Shown: positions 35,995 through 47,460, numbered from the stretch's first letter. The stretch: 64,000 nucleotides of DNA from an uncultured Spirochaetota bacterium (GCA_963845535.1 CAWJSK010000003.1:1-64000), one strand, 5' to 3'. Made by a program: numbers and translations. Notes: generated from the sequence alone by a model not told the origin.

Positions 35995-37967
35995 GCCGGA
36001 AGATCATCGGAGCGTTCGCGTGCGTTCTCCTGTGCATGGGGGCATCGGCATTTGCCCAGGATGCCCGCGCTTCCTATGAGGAAGGGCTTCGGGCGCAGGC
36101 AACGGAGGACTACGCGCTGGCCGTGGAGAAGTTCAAAGAAGCGCTGTCCGCCAACCCCAACTATGTCGAGCCCATGGCCGGTCTCGCGCAGGCATTCCTC
36201 GCGATGGGCGAGTATGACGAGGCGTACAAATACGTCGCCATGGCGCGTGTGAATGACCGCAACAACCCGGACCTCGCCGTCCTGGAGGGAAGGATAAAAG
36301 TCGGGCAGGGTGACACCGCGGCGGCGCGTTCGCTGTTCAACGCTGTCCTTGCCGATCAACCCAACAACTCCGAGGCTCGCATGGGGCTTTCGGAGGCTGA
36401 TATCGCGGACGGCCGGATGCGCACGGCGCTGTCGGGCTACACGCAGACCCTCAAGCTAGCCCCGGAAAGCACCCGGGCCATACTCTCGCTGGCCCAACTG
36501 TCGGACGAGCTGGGGGATTACGCGAGCGCCGCGAAGTACTATGAGCTTGCGCTGAAGAGCCACTCCTCGGACCCGCACGTGCAGCTTGCCGCCGCGCGCT
36601 GGTACGCAAGGACCGGGGATTTCTCCACCGCGGAAAAGCATGCCCAGGTCGCGCTCTCACTGGCGCCAACAATGGACCAGGCAAGGAGCCTCCTGGGAGA
36701 GATTTATCTCCAGACGAACCGGCCCACTGACGCCGCCAACGTCCTTCATGACGTCGTGACGGCCAACAGAGATGACTACCTGGCGTGGTATGCCCTGGGG
36801 CTGGCATACAGGAGCTCCAAGGACGTGGGCAGGGCGCTCCCGAGCTTCTCCTCGGGCCTCGGCGTCCGACCGGAGGACGAAGTGGCGCGCATCGCAATGG
36901 AGAACACCGCCATCGACGCCCTGCCCATGGACGACGCGCAGCGCAAGACGATGGCGGCTTTCCATCTCACACAGGGGCAGGCGCAGGAAGACCGCAATTT
37001 CCTGGACAGGGCGCTCGCCGAGTACCGCCGGGCCCTTCTCCTGGACCCGACGTCGAGGGACGCGCGCGTCGCGTATGCAAGGATATTCCGCACGGAAGGT
37101 TTCCCTGACAAATACCTGAGCGAGCTTTCCGTGCTTGCCAAGCTCGGCACGCCTGACACGTTCGTGCAGGACGAGATCGAGAGCCTGAACAGCAGCCTGG
37201 CGGATTCGATTTCCCGCGCCTGGGGCTACGACCAGCACAACCTCGAGCGGAAGCGCTACGTGATTCCCGTGTACACCATTCCCGCCCGCAACAGGCTCCT
37301 CCATACGCTGGCAAGCGATGACCTGACCCGCTATTTCGCGTTCCTTCTTGGCGGAGACGGCCCCATCATGGTGCCGGAGGGCTCGGTCCTGGCCACGGGC
37401 TTTGATGACGCCTTCCGCAAGGCGCGCGCCGGGTCAAGCGATTACTTCATCGTGCTGCACGTCGATGAGGCGGACCGCAGCTTCTCCGCCACGGCGGACA
37501 TGTACCTTTCGCGCACGGCGGCCCTCATCGGAAGCTTCAATGCTTTCCGAACGGGGAATGACCGGGTCCGTGACGCCTTCCTGAAGCTCGGCGGCCAGGT
37601 CGCCGCCGTGCTCCCCCCGCGGGCCACGCTCCTTGTCCGCAAGTTCGACCAGGGCCTGATCGACCTGGGGTCCTTCCAGGGGCTCAAGAAGGGCGACACA
37701 ATGGTGATCGTGCGCAAAGGGAGGGTGCGGTTGAACCCTGACACGCCGGGGCTTTCGTTCGACGCCAAGGATGTCGTGGGGGATTTCATCGCTACGGGGG
37801 TTGACGAAGGCGTCTCGGAAGGCACCGTCCGCATTCGGGGCTATTTCGATTACGTCAATCCGGGAGACCAGGTGGTTTTTGCCCCGAAACCCGCGCCAAA
37901 ACCGAGCGTCCAACCGGCAGAGAGGAGCGGGAACATGCTCACCCGCCTCTTGCGCATTGGCGGGTGA
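35991..37967 (+). CDS. Secreted tetratricopeptide repeat protein
   Basis: Signal peptide ending AFA; repeated TPR-like helices. Confidence 0.85.
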   Translation: MSRKIIGAFACVLLCMGASAFAQDARASYEEGLRAQATEDYALAVEKFKEALSANPNYVEPMAGLAQAFLAMGEYDEAYKYVAMARVNDRNNPDLAVLEGRIKVGQGDTAAARSLFNAVLADQPNNSEARMGLSEADIADGRMRTALSGYTQTLKLAPESTRAILSLAQLSDELGDYASAAKYYELALKSHSSDPHVQLAAARWYARTGDFSTAEKHAQVALSLAPTMDQARSLLGEIYLQTNRPTDAANVLHDVVTANRDDYLAWYALGLAYRSSKDVGRALPSFSSGLGVRPEDEVARIAMENTAIDALPMDDAQRKTMAAFHLTQGQAQEDRNFLDRALAEYRRALLLDPTSRDARVAYARIFRTEGFPDKYLSELSVLAKLGTPDTFVQDEIESLNSSLADSISRAWGYDQHNLERKRYVIPVYTIPARNRLLHTLASDDLTRYFAFLLGGDGPIMVPEGSVLATGFDDAFRKARAGSSDYFIVLHVDEADRSFSATADMYLSRTAALIGSFNAFRTGNDRVRDAFLKLGGQVAAVLPPRATLLVRKFDQGLIDLGSFQGLKKGDTMVIVRKGRVRLNPDTPGLSFDAKDVVGDFIATGVDEGVSEGTVRIRGYFDYVNPGDQVVFAPKPAPKPSVQPAERSGNMLTRLLRIGG

Positions 37968-38000
37968 GCTCATTGCCCGCTTTTCGTGGCTCCATTCCCG

Positions 38001-38030
38001 TTGACACTCCCGCGGCTTTTCCACTACGAT
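38001..38030 (+). promoter_or_regulatory. Putative sigma70 promoter of pgk operon
   Basis: TTGACA, 18 bp, TACGAT; AAGGAG RBS downstream. Confidence 0.65.
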
Positions 38031-38076
38031 TGCCACGAATCCCGAATCCCCGCGAGTGAGCTCAAGGAGACCATGA

Positions 38077-39258
38077 ATGGCGAAGAAGACTGTACGGGAC
38101 GTCGATCTGAGAAACAAGAAGGTGCTCGTCCGAGTGGATTTCAATGTGCCTCTGAAGGAAGGCAAGATCACGGATGACACCCGGATCACGGCTGCCCTCC
38201 CTACGCTGACATACATCCTCGACCAGAAGGGCGCCTCGCTCGTGCTCATGAGCCACCTGGGGAGGCCCAAGAAACCGGACACGGAAAACAGCCTGGCTCC
38301 CGTTGCCAGGCGGCTCTCCGACCTGTTGGGGAAGAAAGTGACGCTCGCTCCGGATTGCGTGGGCCCCGCCGCGGAAGCGGTGGTCAAAGCCATGAAGCCG
38401 GGAGACGTCGTACTTCTTGAAAACGTCCGCTTCCACCCGGAAGAGGAGAAGAATGATCCGGCATTCGCCCGCCAGCTCGCATCCCTCGGGGACGTGTATG
38501 TCAACGACGCGTTCGGAACGGCGCACCGCGCGCACGCTTCCACGGAGGGGGTGGCGAAGATCCTTCCGGGCGTTGCGGGCTTCCTGATGGAGAAAGAGAT
38601 CAAGTTCCTTGGCGGCGTGTTCGAGAACCCTTCCAAGCCGTTTGTGGCGGTGATCGGCGGGGCAAAGGTCTCCACGAAGATCGCCGTGCTGGAGTCCCTT
38701 CTCCCCCGGGTATCAACCATGATCATCGGGGGCGGGATGTCATTCACCTTCCTCAAGGTCCAGGGCCACTCGGTCGGGAAATCCCTCGTGGAAGTTGACT
38801 TCATCCCCACTGCCACCTCGTTCCTGGAAAAGGCAAAAAAGGCCGGCGCGGAGGTTCTCCTTCCGGTGGACCATCTCGTGGGGGCTGAGTTCGCGGAAAG
38901 CGCAAAGGCTGAGAGAGTGGACAGCGTGGATGTGCCGGACGGAAAAATGGCAATGGACATCGGCCCGAAATCCGTTGCCCTGTTCCGGGAAAAGATCACA
39001 AAAGCGCGAACGGTGGTCTGGAACGGACCCATGGGCGTTTTCGAGTTCCCCGAGTTCAGCAGCGGGACCAAGGAGATTGCCAAGGCCGTGGCGGACTGCA
39101 AAGGAACCACGGTTGTGGGCGGAGGGGACTCCGTTGCCGCCGTCAACCAGTTCGGGCTGGCCGCAAAAATCACCCACGTCTCCACCGGCGGCGGCGCCTC
39201 TCTGGAGCTCCTGGAAGGCAAGGAGCTGCCCGGCGTGGTGGCTCTCAAGGACAGGTGA
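38077..39258 (+). CDS. pgk: Phosphoglycerate kinase
   Basis: [41 protein letters not shown]. Confidence 0.98.
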   Translation: MAKKTVRDVDLRNKKVLVRVDFNVPLKEGKITDDTRITAALPTLTYILDQKGASLVLMSHLGRPKKPDTENSLAPVARRLSDLLGKKVTLAPDCVGPAAEAVVKAMKPGDVVLLENVRFHPEEEKNDPAFARQLASLGDVYVNDAFGTAHRAHASTEGVAKILPGVAGFLMEKEIKFLGGVFENPSKPFVAVIGGAKVSTKIAVLESLLPRVSTMIIGGGMSFTFLKVQGHSVGKSLVEVDFIPTATSFLEKAKKAGAEVLLPVDHLVGAEFAESAKAERVDSVDVPDGKMAMDIGPKSVALFREKITKARTVVWNGPMGVFEFPEFSSGTKEIAKAVADCKGTTVVGGGDSVAAVNQFGLAAKITHVSTGGGASLELLEGKELPGVVALKDR

Positions 39259-39263
39259 GGGAG

Positions 39264-40019
39264 ATGAGGAAACCGTTCATCGCCGGCAACTGGAAAATGT
39301 ACAAGACAGCCTCGGAGGCCATTGCCGTTTCCACTATCCTTGCCACGGAGCTTTCCGGTGAGAAGAACAAGAAGATCATGATTGCCCCGCCGTTCACGGC
39401 GCTTCACGCGGTGCGGGACGTGCTGGAAGGCACGAACATCCTGCTGGGCGCCCAGAACGCCGCCGCGGAGCTGGAAGGGGCGCACACCGGAGAGGTCTCA
39501 CCGCGGATGCTTGCGGATGCAGGCGTGACGGTGATCATCCTGGGACACTCGGAGCGGCGGCACGTCTATGGTGAGACGGACGCCCTGGTGAACCGCAAGG
39601 TCCGCCTCGCCCTGGCGGAAGGCTTCGAGGTCATCCTCTGCGTCGGTGAAACGCTGGAGGAAAGACAGAAAGGCGTCACGGAGAAGGTGGTCGGATCGCA
39701 GAGCGCGGAAGGCCTGGCCGGAGTGGCGGAGAAGGACCTGGCGCGGGTTACCATAGCGTATGAACCCGTCTGGGCAATCGGCACCGGCAAGAACGCCACC
39801 CCGCAGGACGCGGACGCGGTGCACGCCTTCATCCGCGGGCTCCTCGCAAAGTCCTACTCGGAAAAAGCAGCGCAGGACATGACCATCCAATATGGCGGGT
39901 CGGTCAAGCCGGACAACATCAAGGATCTCATGAAGATGAAAAACATCGACGGGGCGCTGGTGGGCGGGGCTTCCCTGAAGCCCGAGACGTTCCTCCCCAT
40001 TGTGCGCTACGACCGATAA
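39264..40019 (+). CDS. tpiA: Triosephosphate isomerase
   Basis: AGNWKM, GHSERR, AYEPVWAIGTG, YGGSV, LVGGASL. Confidence 0.98.
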   Translation: MRKPFIAGNWKMYKTASEAIAVSTILATELSGEKNKKIMIAPPFTALHAVRDVLEGTNILLGAQNAAAELEGAHTGEVSPRMLADAGVTVIILGHSERRHVYGETDALVNRKVRLALAEGFEVILCVGETLEERQKGVTEKVVGSQSAEGLAGVAEKDLARVTIAYEPVWAIGTGKNATPQDADAVHAFIRGLLAKSYSEKAAQDMTIQYGGSVKPDNIKDLMKMKNIDGALVGGASLKPETFLPIVRYDR

Positions 40020-40034
40020 GGGGGTTTGTGAAGA

Positions 40035-40523
40035 ATGGGTCTGATCAGCGTCGTCCTTCTGGTTATCTTGGTCATCAGCGCCGTCCTCCTGGTGCTCGTC
40101 GTCCTTGTGCAGGACGACCAGGGGGAAGGGCTCGGGGGAATCTTCGGCGGCGGGAGCACGACTCCATTCGGCTCCCGGTCCGGCAACGTGCTCACGCGTT
40201 TCACGGCAATCCTTGCCGCCGTTTTCCTTTTCTCCATATTCGGCATTGCGTGGGTAAACAAGACGCCTGAGGTGGGGAACGTCATCGGCCGAGCCCGAGC
40301 GGAATCCCTGCAGGGCGGTCAACAGCAGAACTGGTGGGTGCAGACTCCGGCTCCAACAACCGCGAGCCCCGGCACACCGCTCACCCCAGGGCAGCTGCCG
40401 CTGACACCGGGACCGGCTTCGGCAACTCCGACTCCCTTGACGAACCAGTCCAATTCCCCGGCGCTTCCCGCTCCGGCGGTTCCAGCTCCGGCGCCCGCAG
40501 CGCCCGCAAAAAGGGGCGACTAG
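40035..40523 (+). CDS. secG: Preprotein translocase SecG with Pro/Thr-rich C-terminal tail
   Basis: Two TM helices with GLGGIFGGG..FG loop; follows tpiA. Confidence 0.9.
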   Translation: MGLISVVLLVILVISAVLLVLVVLVQDDQGEGLGGIFGGGSTTPFGSRSGNVLTRFTAILAAVFLFSIFGIAWVNKTPEVGNVIGRARAESLQGGQQQNWWVQTPAPTTASPGTPLTPGQLPLTPGPASATPTPLTNQSNSPALPAPAVPAPAPAAPAKRGD

Positions 40524-40525
40524 TC

Positions 40526-40999
40526 GTGGGGGTCCTTCTCCATGATCTTTTCATCGTGCCTCGGATCAAGTGCCACTTGGAAGCGGAGGACAAGGCCGAG
40601 GTGTTCGAAGAGCTCGTGGATCTGCTGGTGACTCAGTACCACACGGGCAGTCGGGATGAAATCCTCGACGCCATCCGTCGTCGGGAAGAGAAGATGTCCA
40701 CCGGCATCAAGAGGGGCATTGCAATTCCCCACGCAAAAACGAGGTTCACCCGGGGCGTCATTGGCGTGCTCGGCGTCTCGGACCACGGGATCGACTACGA
40801 GTCCCTGGACGGCGAGCCGGTGCGCATTCTCTTCCTCCTTGTCAGCTCGGAGGAGGACGCCGCAACGCACCTGGCGGTCCTGAAAAAGATCGCCCTCCTG
40901 GTGGAGAACGACGCATTCTCCCGGGAGGTGGTTGCCGCTGGGAGCCCCGAGAAGGTGAACCATATCATCAAAAAGTACGAGGAGATGATCGACGCCTGA
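40526..40999 (+). CDS. PTS EIIA (fructose/Ntr-type) domain protein
   Basis: RREEKMSTGI..GIAIPHA, DGEPV, HLAVL. Confidence 0.9.
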   Translation: MGVLLHDLFIVPRIKCHLEAEDKAEVFEELVDLLVTQYHTGSRDEILDAIRRREEKMSTGIKRGIAIPHAKTRFTRGVIGVLGVSDHGIDYESLDGEPVRILFLLVSSEEDAATHLAVLKKIALLVENDAFSREVVAAGSPEKVNHIIKKYEEMIDA

Positions 41000-41134
41000 A
41001 GGCGTGTCGAGCGATGGCGCCTCTGATCCGCATGCGCCACGCGCTCCTGATGCCATCATCTCGAAACCAGACGCTTCCATGATTCTGGGCGGCCAGGCCC
41101 GCAAGGGTGTGCTGCCTGAGGGACGGGTGCAGGT

Positions 41135-41437
41135 ATGTCCGACATGCTCGACAAGCTTCTCCAGACCGAACGTAGCGCCGCGGAAATGGTCTCTTCCGCG
41201 GAGGCGGAAGCCAACCGGCGCAAGGCAGAGACGCGCGCAGAAGCGCAGAAGAAACACGCAGCCGCGCTGAAGGAGAAAGCCGCGGAGGTCGCCAGCGCCG
41301 TGGCCTCCGAAAAGGAGCGCGCCGCGCAGGAGAGAAAGAAGAAGAACGAGGAGTACCGCGCCAAGCTCGCCGCCCATAGCGTGGATCGAGAGGCGTTCTT
41401 TCGCCTGATTGCCGACCTGACGGAAAAAGGCAAATGA
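41135..41437 (+). CDS. V/A-type ATPase peripheral stalk subunit G/H
   Basis: Coiled-coil, E/K/A-rich; first gene of the ATPase operon. Confidence 0.7.
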   Translation: MSDMLDKLLQTERSAAEMVSSAEAEANRRKAETRAEAQKKHAAALKEKAAEVASAVASEKERAAQERKKKNEEYRAKLAAHSVDREAFFRLIADLTEKGK

Positions 41438-42429
41438 ACCGCACGTCCCGCTACGCATTCATCCTTGCAAAGATATTCGGCAGGATCGGAAAGACGTATG
41501 TCGAATCCAACTTCCGGGACTTGCTGCGCTTGAAGAAGCTGGAGGAGATATTCGACCTGCTGTTCCCGGGGGAGCGGGCTTCCGTTCGAGAGGAACCCCT
41601 TCCCTCGGAGCTTGAGACACGCATCATGAGAGCCGGCATCAGATCCATGACCCAGGTCCTGTTCCTGCTGCGGGATCCCGAAAAAATCCTTGTCCATATC
41701 CTTCGGAAGTTCGAATATCAGAGCCTCAAGTCGGTGATTCGCAGCATGGTGAAGGGGGAGGGGAAGAAGCCGGTTATCTGGGACCTGGGAAGGTACGCCC
41801 TCCTGCGCCCTGCCAAAGGTGTCGATTATGAAAAAACTATCGCGGCGAGCCGCTACGCGTGGGTCCTGCCGCATATCAGTTCAAAGCCTCTGTTCGAGGT
41901 GGAGAACATGCTGGATCGCCATTATTATTCCCGGCTCCTGATGATGGCCCGGAGGCTGAAGCCGCGCGACCGCTCGGGCGTTCTGCGCCTGATCAACCTG
42001 GAAACGTCCCTCACGAACGTGATCTGGGCCCTTCGTTTGCGCTTTTCCTTCGGCCTGGACATCCAGGCGGCCCGTCCCCTCATGATCCCCAACATGACGT
42101 ATTCCCATCAAGGCGCCATCGCGGAGACCTTCGAAATACCCGCGGAATCCGTCGAGGGTTGGCGGAAGTGGAAATATTCCTGGCTGGTGGAAGACCAGTT
42201 TGGTGAGGCTTTCCGCGCTCCTGACCCGGTCCGGGCGGAGCAGAAGGCTACGCGTCGGCTTGTCCAGAAAGCCCACCAGCTTTGTCACGAAGATCCCTTC
42301 ACGCTGACGCCGATCGTCGCGTACTTCAAGCTCAAGGAGCTCGAGACGGGGATGCTCAAGATAGCCGTAGAGGCGCTGCAGCTCTCAATGTCAGAGCACG
42401 ACGTGCTCTCGATGCTGGGGGCCGACTGA
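41434..42429 (+). CDS. V/A-type ATPase subunit C (d)
   Basis: Size, operon position, LDRHYY and IVAYFKLKELE. Confidence 0.8.
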   Translation: MNRTSRYAFILAKIFGRIGKTYVESNFRDLLRLKKLEEIFDLLFPGERASVREEPLPSELETRIMRAGIRSMTQVLFLLRDPEKILVHILRKFEYQSLKSVIRSMVKGEGKKPVIWDLGRYALLRPAKGVDYEKTIAASRYAWVLPHISSKPLFEVENMLDRHYYSRLLMMARRLKPRDRSGVLRLINLETSLTNVIWALRLRFSFGLDIQAARPLMIPNMTYSHQGAIAETFEIPAESVEGWRKWKYSWLVEDQFGEAFRAPDPVRAEQKATRRLVQKAHQLCHEDPFTLTPIVAYFKLKELETGMLKIAVEALQLSMSEHDVLSMLGAD

Positions 42430-44426
42430 TGTTTCTCATGGAGCGCATGAAGAAGGTCGAGCTGCTGGTGCTCAAACGGGACGTGGATGGAATCATGCGT
42501 TACCTCGGCTCCGCGGGCTGCCTGCAGCTCATTGCGGAAAATGGCGAGCAGACCGAACCCACCCCGGCAGAGCGTGATATTGCGGAGCTGAAGGTCCGTG
42601 TGGATGCGCTTGCGCGCTTTCTTGGCGTCACTGGCCGGCAGAGGGAGCGGACAGAGGTTCCCCACGTCATGGAGTCCCGGGACGCTTTACGCGCCGCTGC
42701 GGACGAGCTCATATCGCAAAACGCGGGCCTTGTCGCGGAGGAGAGCAGGCTTGTCCAGCAGCGGCTCGGCTTGAAAAGCAGCATTGAAGAGCTTTCCGCG
42801 TTCTCAGAGCTGACTGTTCCTTTTGGAGAGCTTGCGCACCTCACGTATTTTGCATTTCGCATGGGCTCGGTTCCCGTGGAGAGAGTGGAGGAAATGACTC
42901 AGGCGCTGTCCACCAGGGCCGCCATTGTCTCCCTCCAGAAGCCCGGGCACATCATTGCCGTTGCTTCCCACAACGGCCGATTTGCGCTGGACAGCGAGCT
43001 GGCCAAGTTCAATTTCCTGCCCCTCGAGCTTCCTGCTGATGCAAAAGGCATTCCTGCCGAGGTGATCAAGGCGCTGGAGAGAGACCTCATTCAGACAGAG
43101 GAAGCTCTTGCCCAACTGGAGGAAAAAAAGAGCCTTGTCAGGCAGTCAAAGAGGGATCTCATAAGCGCGCTTCAGGAGGATCTGGACCTTGCCGTGACGG
43201 TGGATTCGGTCAAGCAGGGCTTCGCTTCCACGGGATCCGCGACGCGGATCAGCGGCTGGATTCCGCGGAGGAAGTTCCCTGAAGTGATCGCCGAGCTGGA
43301 AAGAATTTCCCAAGGCAGGCTTGCGCTCAAGACTTATGACCCTGAGGAGGTCCCCGAGGTGCGCTCGGGGAAAGTCAAGGTGCCGGTATCCGTTCACCAC
43401 GGAAAGATCGTCCGCTCTTTCGAGCGCATGGTCTTCTCCTACAGCGTTCCCCTTTATGGGACCATCGACCCGACCCCCTTTGTGGCCGCGATGTTCGTTC
43501 TCCTTTTTGCCATCATGTTCGGGGATCTCGGGCAGGGGTTTGTCGGGCTTCTCATCGGACTCGTGATCCGCAGCGGCAGGGTCAAGTCCTTCGAGTCTTA
43601 TCGGAAGAAGAACTTCGGCACGGTCTTCATTGTCGCCGGCGCGGCATCCATGATCACGGGGCTTCTGTATGGCGTATTTTTCGCCAATGAGCAGATCCTC
43701 GTTCCGTTTTCCCGGCTGGTGACGGGCGCCGTATTCGGCCGACCCATGGACCACATCATTTCCCTGGTCGGCTTCCAGAAGATCATCCTCTTCTTCGGTG
43801 TCACAATCGCCGTGGGCGTCGTCATAAACTCCATCGGTCTGATCATCAACCTCGTGAACACGATAAGCAGGCGCAGGTGGGAAGAGGCTTTCCTGACAAA
43901 GACAGGGCTCGCCGGGGCTCTGTTCTTCTGGTACCTGATCTTCGTCGCCGTGCGCGTGATCCTGGGAGGAAGCTTCGGCGGCGTGGACCTCGCGGTCCTT
44001 GCCGTTCCTCTTCTTGCCCTTTTTTTCCGCGAGCCCATCATTCGCCTTGCGGAGAAAAAGAGGCCCGTCCTGAAGGATGGTTTCTTCAGCTTCATCATGG
44101 AAGGAATCGTGGAGATACTTGAATCGGGCATCTACTATATCTCCAATTCCGTTTCCTTCCTCCGCGTCGCCGCCTTCGCCCTGGCGCATGCGGTGCTCAG
44201 CACAATCGTGTTCCTCCTGGCCGACATGGTGGGCGGGGCGGCCGGAGGAATCGTGTTTCGCATCATCATCATCCTGATAGGAAACTCTATTATCATTGTT
44301 CTGGAAGGCCTGATCGTGACAATCCAAGTGGTCAGGCTTCAGTATTACGAGTTTTTCTCCAAGTTCTTCACGGAATCAGGAGAGGAGTTCAGACCATTTA
44401 CTCTGCGTTCGGGAGGTGTGCGGTGA
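42429..44426 (+). CDS. V/A-type ATPase subunit I (a)
   Basis: IDPTP, MFGDLGQG, SNSVSFLRVAAFALAH, RLQYYEFFSKFF. Confidence 0.93.
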   Translation: MFLMERMKKVELLVLKRDVDGIMRYLGSAGCLQLIAENGEQTEPTPAERDIAELKVRVDALARFLGVTGRQRERTEVPHVMESRDALRAAADELISQNAGLVAEESRLVQQRLGLKSSIEELSAFSELTVPFGELAHLTYFAFRMGSVPVERVEEMTQALSTRAAIVSLQKPGHIIAVASHNGRFALDSELAKFNFLPLELPADAKGIPAEVIKALERDLIQTEEALAQLEEKKSLVRQSKRDLISALQEDLDLAVTVDSVKQGFASTGSATRISGWIPRRKFPEVIAELERISQGRLALKTYDPEEVPEVRSGKVKVPVSVHHGKIVRSFERMVFSYSVPLYGTIDPTPFVAAMFVLLFAIMFGDLGQGFVGLLIGLVIRSGRVKSFESYRKKNFGTVFIVAGAASMITGLLYGVFFANEQILVPFSRLVTGAVFGRPMDHIISLVGFQKIILFFGVTIAVGVVINSIGLIINLVNTISRRRWEEAFLTKTGLAGALFFWYLIFVAVRVILGGSFGGVDLAVLAVPLLALFFREPIIRLAEKKRPVLKDGFFSFIMEGIVEILESGIYYISNSVSFLRVAAFALAHAVLSTIVFLLADMVGGAAGGIVFRIIIILIGNSIIIVLEGLIVTIQVVRLQYYEFFSKFFTESGEEFRPFTLRSGGVR

Positions 44427-44731
44427 AAAAGAGGTTCATTCTTTCTGCGGTGCTTTTCCTGGTGGCGGCAGCGCCGGCTGTCTTCGCCCAGGCCACGGGG
44501 AACGCCCCAATCCCCGTTCACGTGTTCAAATTTCTGGGCGCCGCGGTCGCCGTCGGCTTTGCGACGCTTGGCGGCGGGATTGCCGTAGGGCAGATCGGGG
44601 CCGCGGCCATGGCGGCCATGAGCGAAAACCCGGAGCTGTCAGGCAAGGCGCTGCCCTTTGTCGGCCTGGCGGAAGGTATCTGCCTCTGGGGATTCATCGT
44701 GGCCCTCATGATCCTGTCGTCGGCCGGATGA
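44423..44731 (+). CDS. V/A-type ATPase proteolipid subunit K (c)
   Basis: Signal-like N-terminus, single hairpin, ENPE loop, GLAEG carboxylate. Confidence 0.92.
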   Translation: MKKRFILSAVLFLVAAAPAVFAQATGNAPIPVHVFKFLGAAVAVGFATLGGGIAVGQIGAAAMAAMSENPELSGKALPFVGLAEGICLWGFIVALMILSSAG

Positions 44732-44744
44732 GCCGGGTAGGGAC

Positions 44745-45050
44745 GTGGAGTTCCACGTAATCGGCGACGAAGAGGTCGTCATTGGGTTCCGGTTCGTCGG
44801 CGTGTCGGGAAGCGTGGCCACCACGGAAGAGGAGGCCCGGGAGGCATTTGCAGCCGTTACCGGGGAGGAAAAGGCGCGGGTGCTCATCCTCACCGAACAG
44901 GTTGCGTCCCTTATTCCCCGGGAAGTCATGGACTGGCAGATGAACGGGTCGTATCCGCTGATTGTCGAGATCCCGGGGATAAGCGGGCACACACCGGGGC
45001 GGCGGAGTCTCATGGACTCGATCCGCGACGCCGTGGGGATACACGTGTGA
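44745..45050 (+). CDS. V/A-type ATPase subunit F
   Basis: VIGD..GFRFVG, PLIVEIP, DAVGI. Confidence 0.92.
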   Translation: MEFHVIGDEEVVIGFRFVGVSGSVATTEEEAREAFAAVTGEEKARVLILTEQVASLIPREVMDWQMNGSYPLIVEIPGISGHTPGRRSLMDSIRDAVGIHV

Positions 45051-45083
45051 CCGCGTCGGTGAATGGAGTGGTTGGAGCACAGA

Positions 45084-45701
45084 ATGGAAGTTCTTAAATC
45101 GGGTGATGCGCTGGAGAAGCAGGTCCTTGATGACGCGCGCGCCAAGGCCAGCCGGATATTGGCGGAGGCTGACCGTGAAAGCGCCGCGCAGCGCCGGGAA
45201 TGGGAGCGCAGGACCGAGGACGACGTTCGAAAGATCGAGGCTGAAAAAGACTCACGGATCCAGGCGATGCGGCAGGAGCTCGCGGCTTCCCTGCCCCTGG
45301 ATTTCATGCGCGCCCGCCTTTCCTACATCCAGGACTCTGTTGACCGGGCTCTCAAGGACTATTTCGCAAAGCTTGCCCCGGAGGGCCTCATTCGCATCGT
45401 CAGCGGGATGCTGCACCGGATCCCCCCTGTGTTTCGAGGCGCCGTTGTGGTGGCATATGCCTCGGGAATACGCTCGCAGGATGTGAAGCGCGTGGTGGAG
45501 GAAAACGTGCCGGGCGTCAGTGTCGAGGACGTGAAAGACCTGACGCAGGACGCAATCACGGACGGCGCGGACACGGGTCTGGTGCTGGAGGCCAAAGACG
45601 GCCGGATACGTTTTCGGGGGACCATGAGGGAAATGAGCGCGCAGCTCCTGGAGCAACACCGCGAGGAGCTGGCGGAGGCCCTGCTGGGAAGGGACGTGTG
45701 A
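45084..45701 (+). CDS. V/A-type ATPase subunit E
   Basis: Coiled-coil N-terminus, globular C-terminus, operon position. Confidence 0.85.
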   Translation: MEVLKSGDALEKQVLDDARAKASRILAEADRESAAQRREWERRTEDDVRKIEAEKDSRIQAMRQELAASLPLDFMRARLSYIQDSVDRALKDYFAKLAPEGLIRIVSGMLHRIPPVFRGAVVVAYASGIRSQDVKRVVEENVPGVSVEDVKDLTQDAITDGADTGLVLEAKDGRIRFRGTMREMSAQLLEQHREELAEALLGRDV

Positions 45702-45705
45702 GCAG

Positions 45706-47460
45706 ATGATCGAAGGCAAGGTAATCAGGATCAACGGTCCAATCATCAAGGCAACGGGCCTCGGAGCGAGCGGCCTCTACGACGTGGTGGAGATCGGTGA
45801 GAAGCGGCTCATTGGAGAGATCATCAGGCTTGAAGCCGACACGGCGACCATCCAGATCTACGAAGAGAACACCGGCATGCGCGTCGGGGAGAGCGCGTGG
45901 TCCCTTGAACGGCCGCTCAGCGTTCACCTCGGCCCCGGTCTGCTGGGGGAGATCTATGACGGCATTCAGAGGCCGCTGGCGGAAATCAAGAAGACCTCGG
46001 GCAGTTTCATCGCTCCGGGAATAAAGACGCCGCCTCTTCCCATGGACAAGAAGTGGCACTTCCAGCCCACCTGCACCGTGGGGGACTCCGTTGCACCGGG
46101 CGCCATCGTAGGCCAGGTGCAGGAATCCGCCACAATCCTGCACAAGATTGTCGTCTTCCCAACCACGCGCCCGTCGAAGATCGAATGGATTGCGCCGGAA
46201 GGAGACTATACAATCGGGGAAACCATCCTGAAGATGGCCGGCGGCGTGGAGATGTCCATGTCCCATTACTGGCCCGTGCGCAAGCCCCGGCCCTACATCG
46301 AGAAAATGGGAATGGATGAGCCCCTTATTACGGGCCAGCGCGTCATCGACGTCTTTTTCCCGATCTCACGCGGCGGCACCTCGGCCATCCCGGGCGGGTT
46401 CGGGACGGGCAAGACCATGACGCAGCATGCGCTGGCCAAGTGGTGCGACGCGGACATCATCGTGTACATCGGCTGCGGCGAGCGCGGGAACGAGATGACG
46501 GACGTTCTCACCGAGTTCCCCAAGATCCAGGACCCGCGCACCGGCAAGTCTCTCATGGAGAGGACGGTCCTGATTGCCAACACGTCGAACATGCCGGTAG
46601 CGGCCCGTGAGGTGTCCATCTACACCGGCGTGACGCTTGCCGAATACTACCGTGACATGGGGTATGACGTGGCCATCATGGCGGACTCCACCTCGCGGTG
46701 GGCTGAGGCGCTGCGAGAGCTGTCGGGACGGCTCGAGGAAATGCCCGCGGATGAAGGGTTCCCGGCCTACCTTCCCACGCGGCTGGCGGAGTTCTACGAG
46801 AGGGCGGGCAAGGTGAAAGCCCTGGGGGACCGTACGGGCTCCATCTCGGTCATTGGCGCCGTGTCGCCTCCGGGAGGGGACTTCTCCGAGCCGGTGACCC
46901 AGCACACCAAACGGTTCATCAGGTGCTTCTGGGCTCTCGACAGGGAGCTTGCCAACGCCCGCCACTACCCGGCCATCTCCTGGATCGACTCCTACAGCGA
47001 GTACGCGGAGGAGATCAAACCGTGGTGGGAGAAGGTGAACCCTTTCTGGAGCGGCGTCCGGGAGAAGGCGTTGGACCTTCTCAAACGGGAGCAGAGGCTG
47101 TCCCAGATCGTCAAGTTGATAGGACCTGATGCGCTGCCGGACAATCAGAGGCTCATCCTCCTGATCGCTGAAATGGTGAAGAACGGCTTCCTCCAGCAGA
47201 GCGCCTTCGACGACATCGACATGTTCAGCGTTCCCGACAAGCAGGTGCGGATACTCAAGATCATCATGGATTTCTATGATCGCGCGCTGGCAATCATCCA
47301 GCTCGGCGCTCCCCTCCTGAAGATCAGGGAGCTTTCCTGCCAGGAACGGATCGTCAGGGCCAAGTCCACCATCCCGAACGACCAGCTTGCCTCCCTGGAC
47401 GAGCTTGATGCGCAGATGACGCGGGAAATGGATGAGCTGGAGAGGAGCTACAGCAAATGA
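45706..47460 (+). CDS. V/A-type ATPase catalytic subunit A
   Basis: [44 protein letters not shown]. Confidence 0.97.
   Translation: MIEGKVIRINGPIIKATGLGASGLYDVVEIGEKRLIGEIIRLEADTATIQIYEENTGMRVGESAWSLERPLSVHLGPGLLGEIYDGIQRPLAEIKKTSGSFIAPGIKTPPLPMDKKWHFQPTCTVGDSVAPGAIVGQVQESATILHKIVVFPTTRPSKIEWIAPEGDYTIGETILKMAGGVEMSMSHYWPVRKPRPYIEKMGMDEPLITGQRVIDVFFPISRGGTSAIPGGFGTGKTMTQHALAKWCDADIIVYIGCGERGNEMTDVLTEFPKIQDPRTGKSLMERTVLIANTSNMPVAAREVSIYTGVTLAEYYRDMGYDVAIMADSTSRWAEALRELSGRLEEMPADEGFPAYLPTRLAEFYERAGKVKALGDRTGSISVIGAVSPPGGDFSEPVTQHTKRFIRCFWALDRELANARHYPAISWIDSYSEYAEEIKPWWEKVNPFWSGVREKALDLLKREQRLSQIVKLIGPDALPDNQRLILLIAEMVKNGFLQQSAFDDIDMFSVPDKQVRILKIIMDFYDRALAIIQLGAPLLKIRELSCQERIVRAKSTIPNDQLASLDELDAQMTREMDELERSYSK

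Noticed and set aside
37434..39485. 683-aa minus-strand ORF and similar long antisense ORFs (e.g. 27412-29064, 24350-25582, 43146-44327)
   Set aside because: Antisense shadows of pgk, uvrA, mutS2 and ATPase I produced by high-GC codon bias; no motifs
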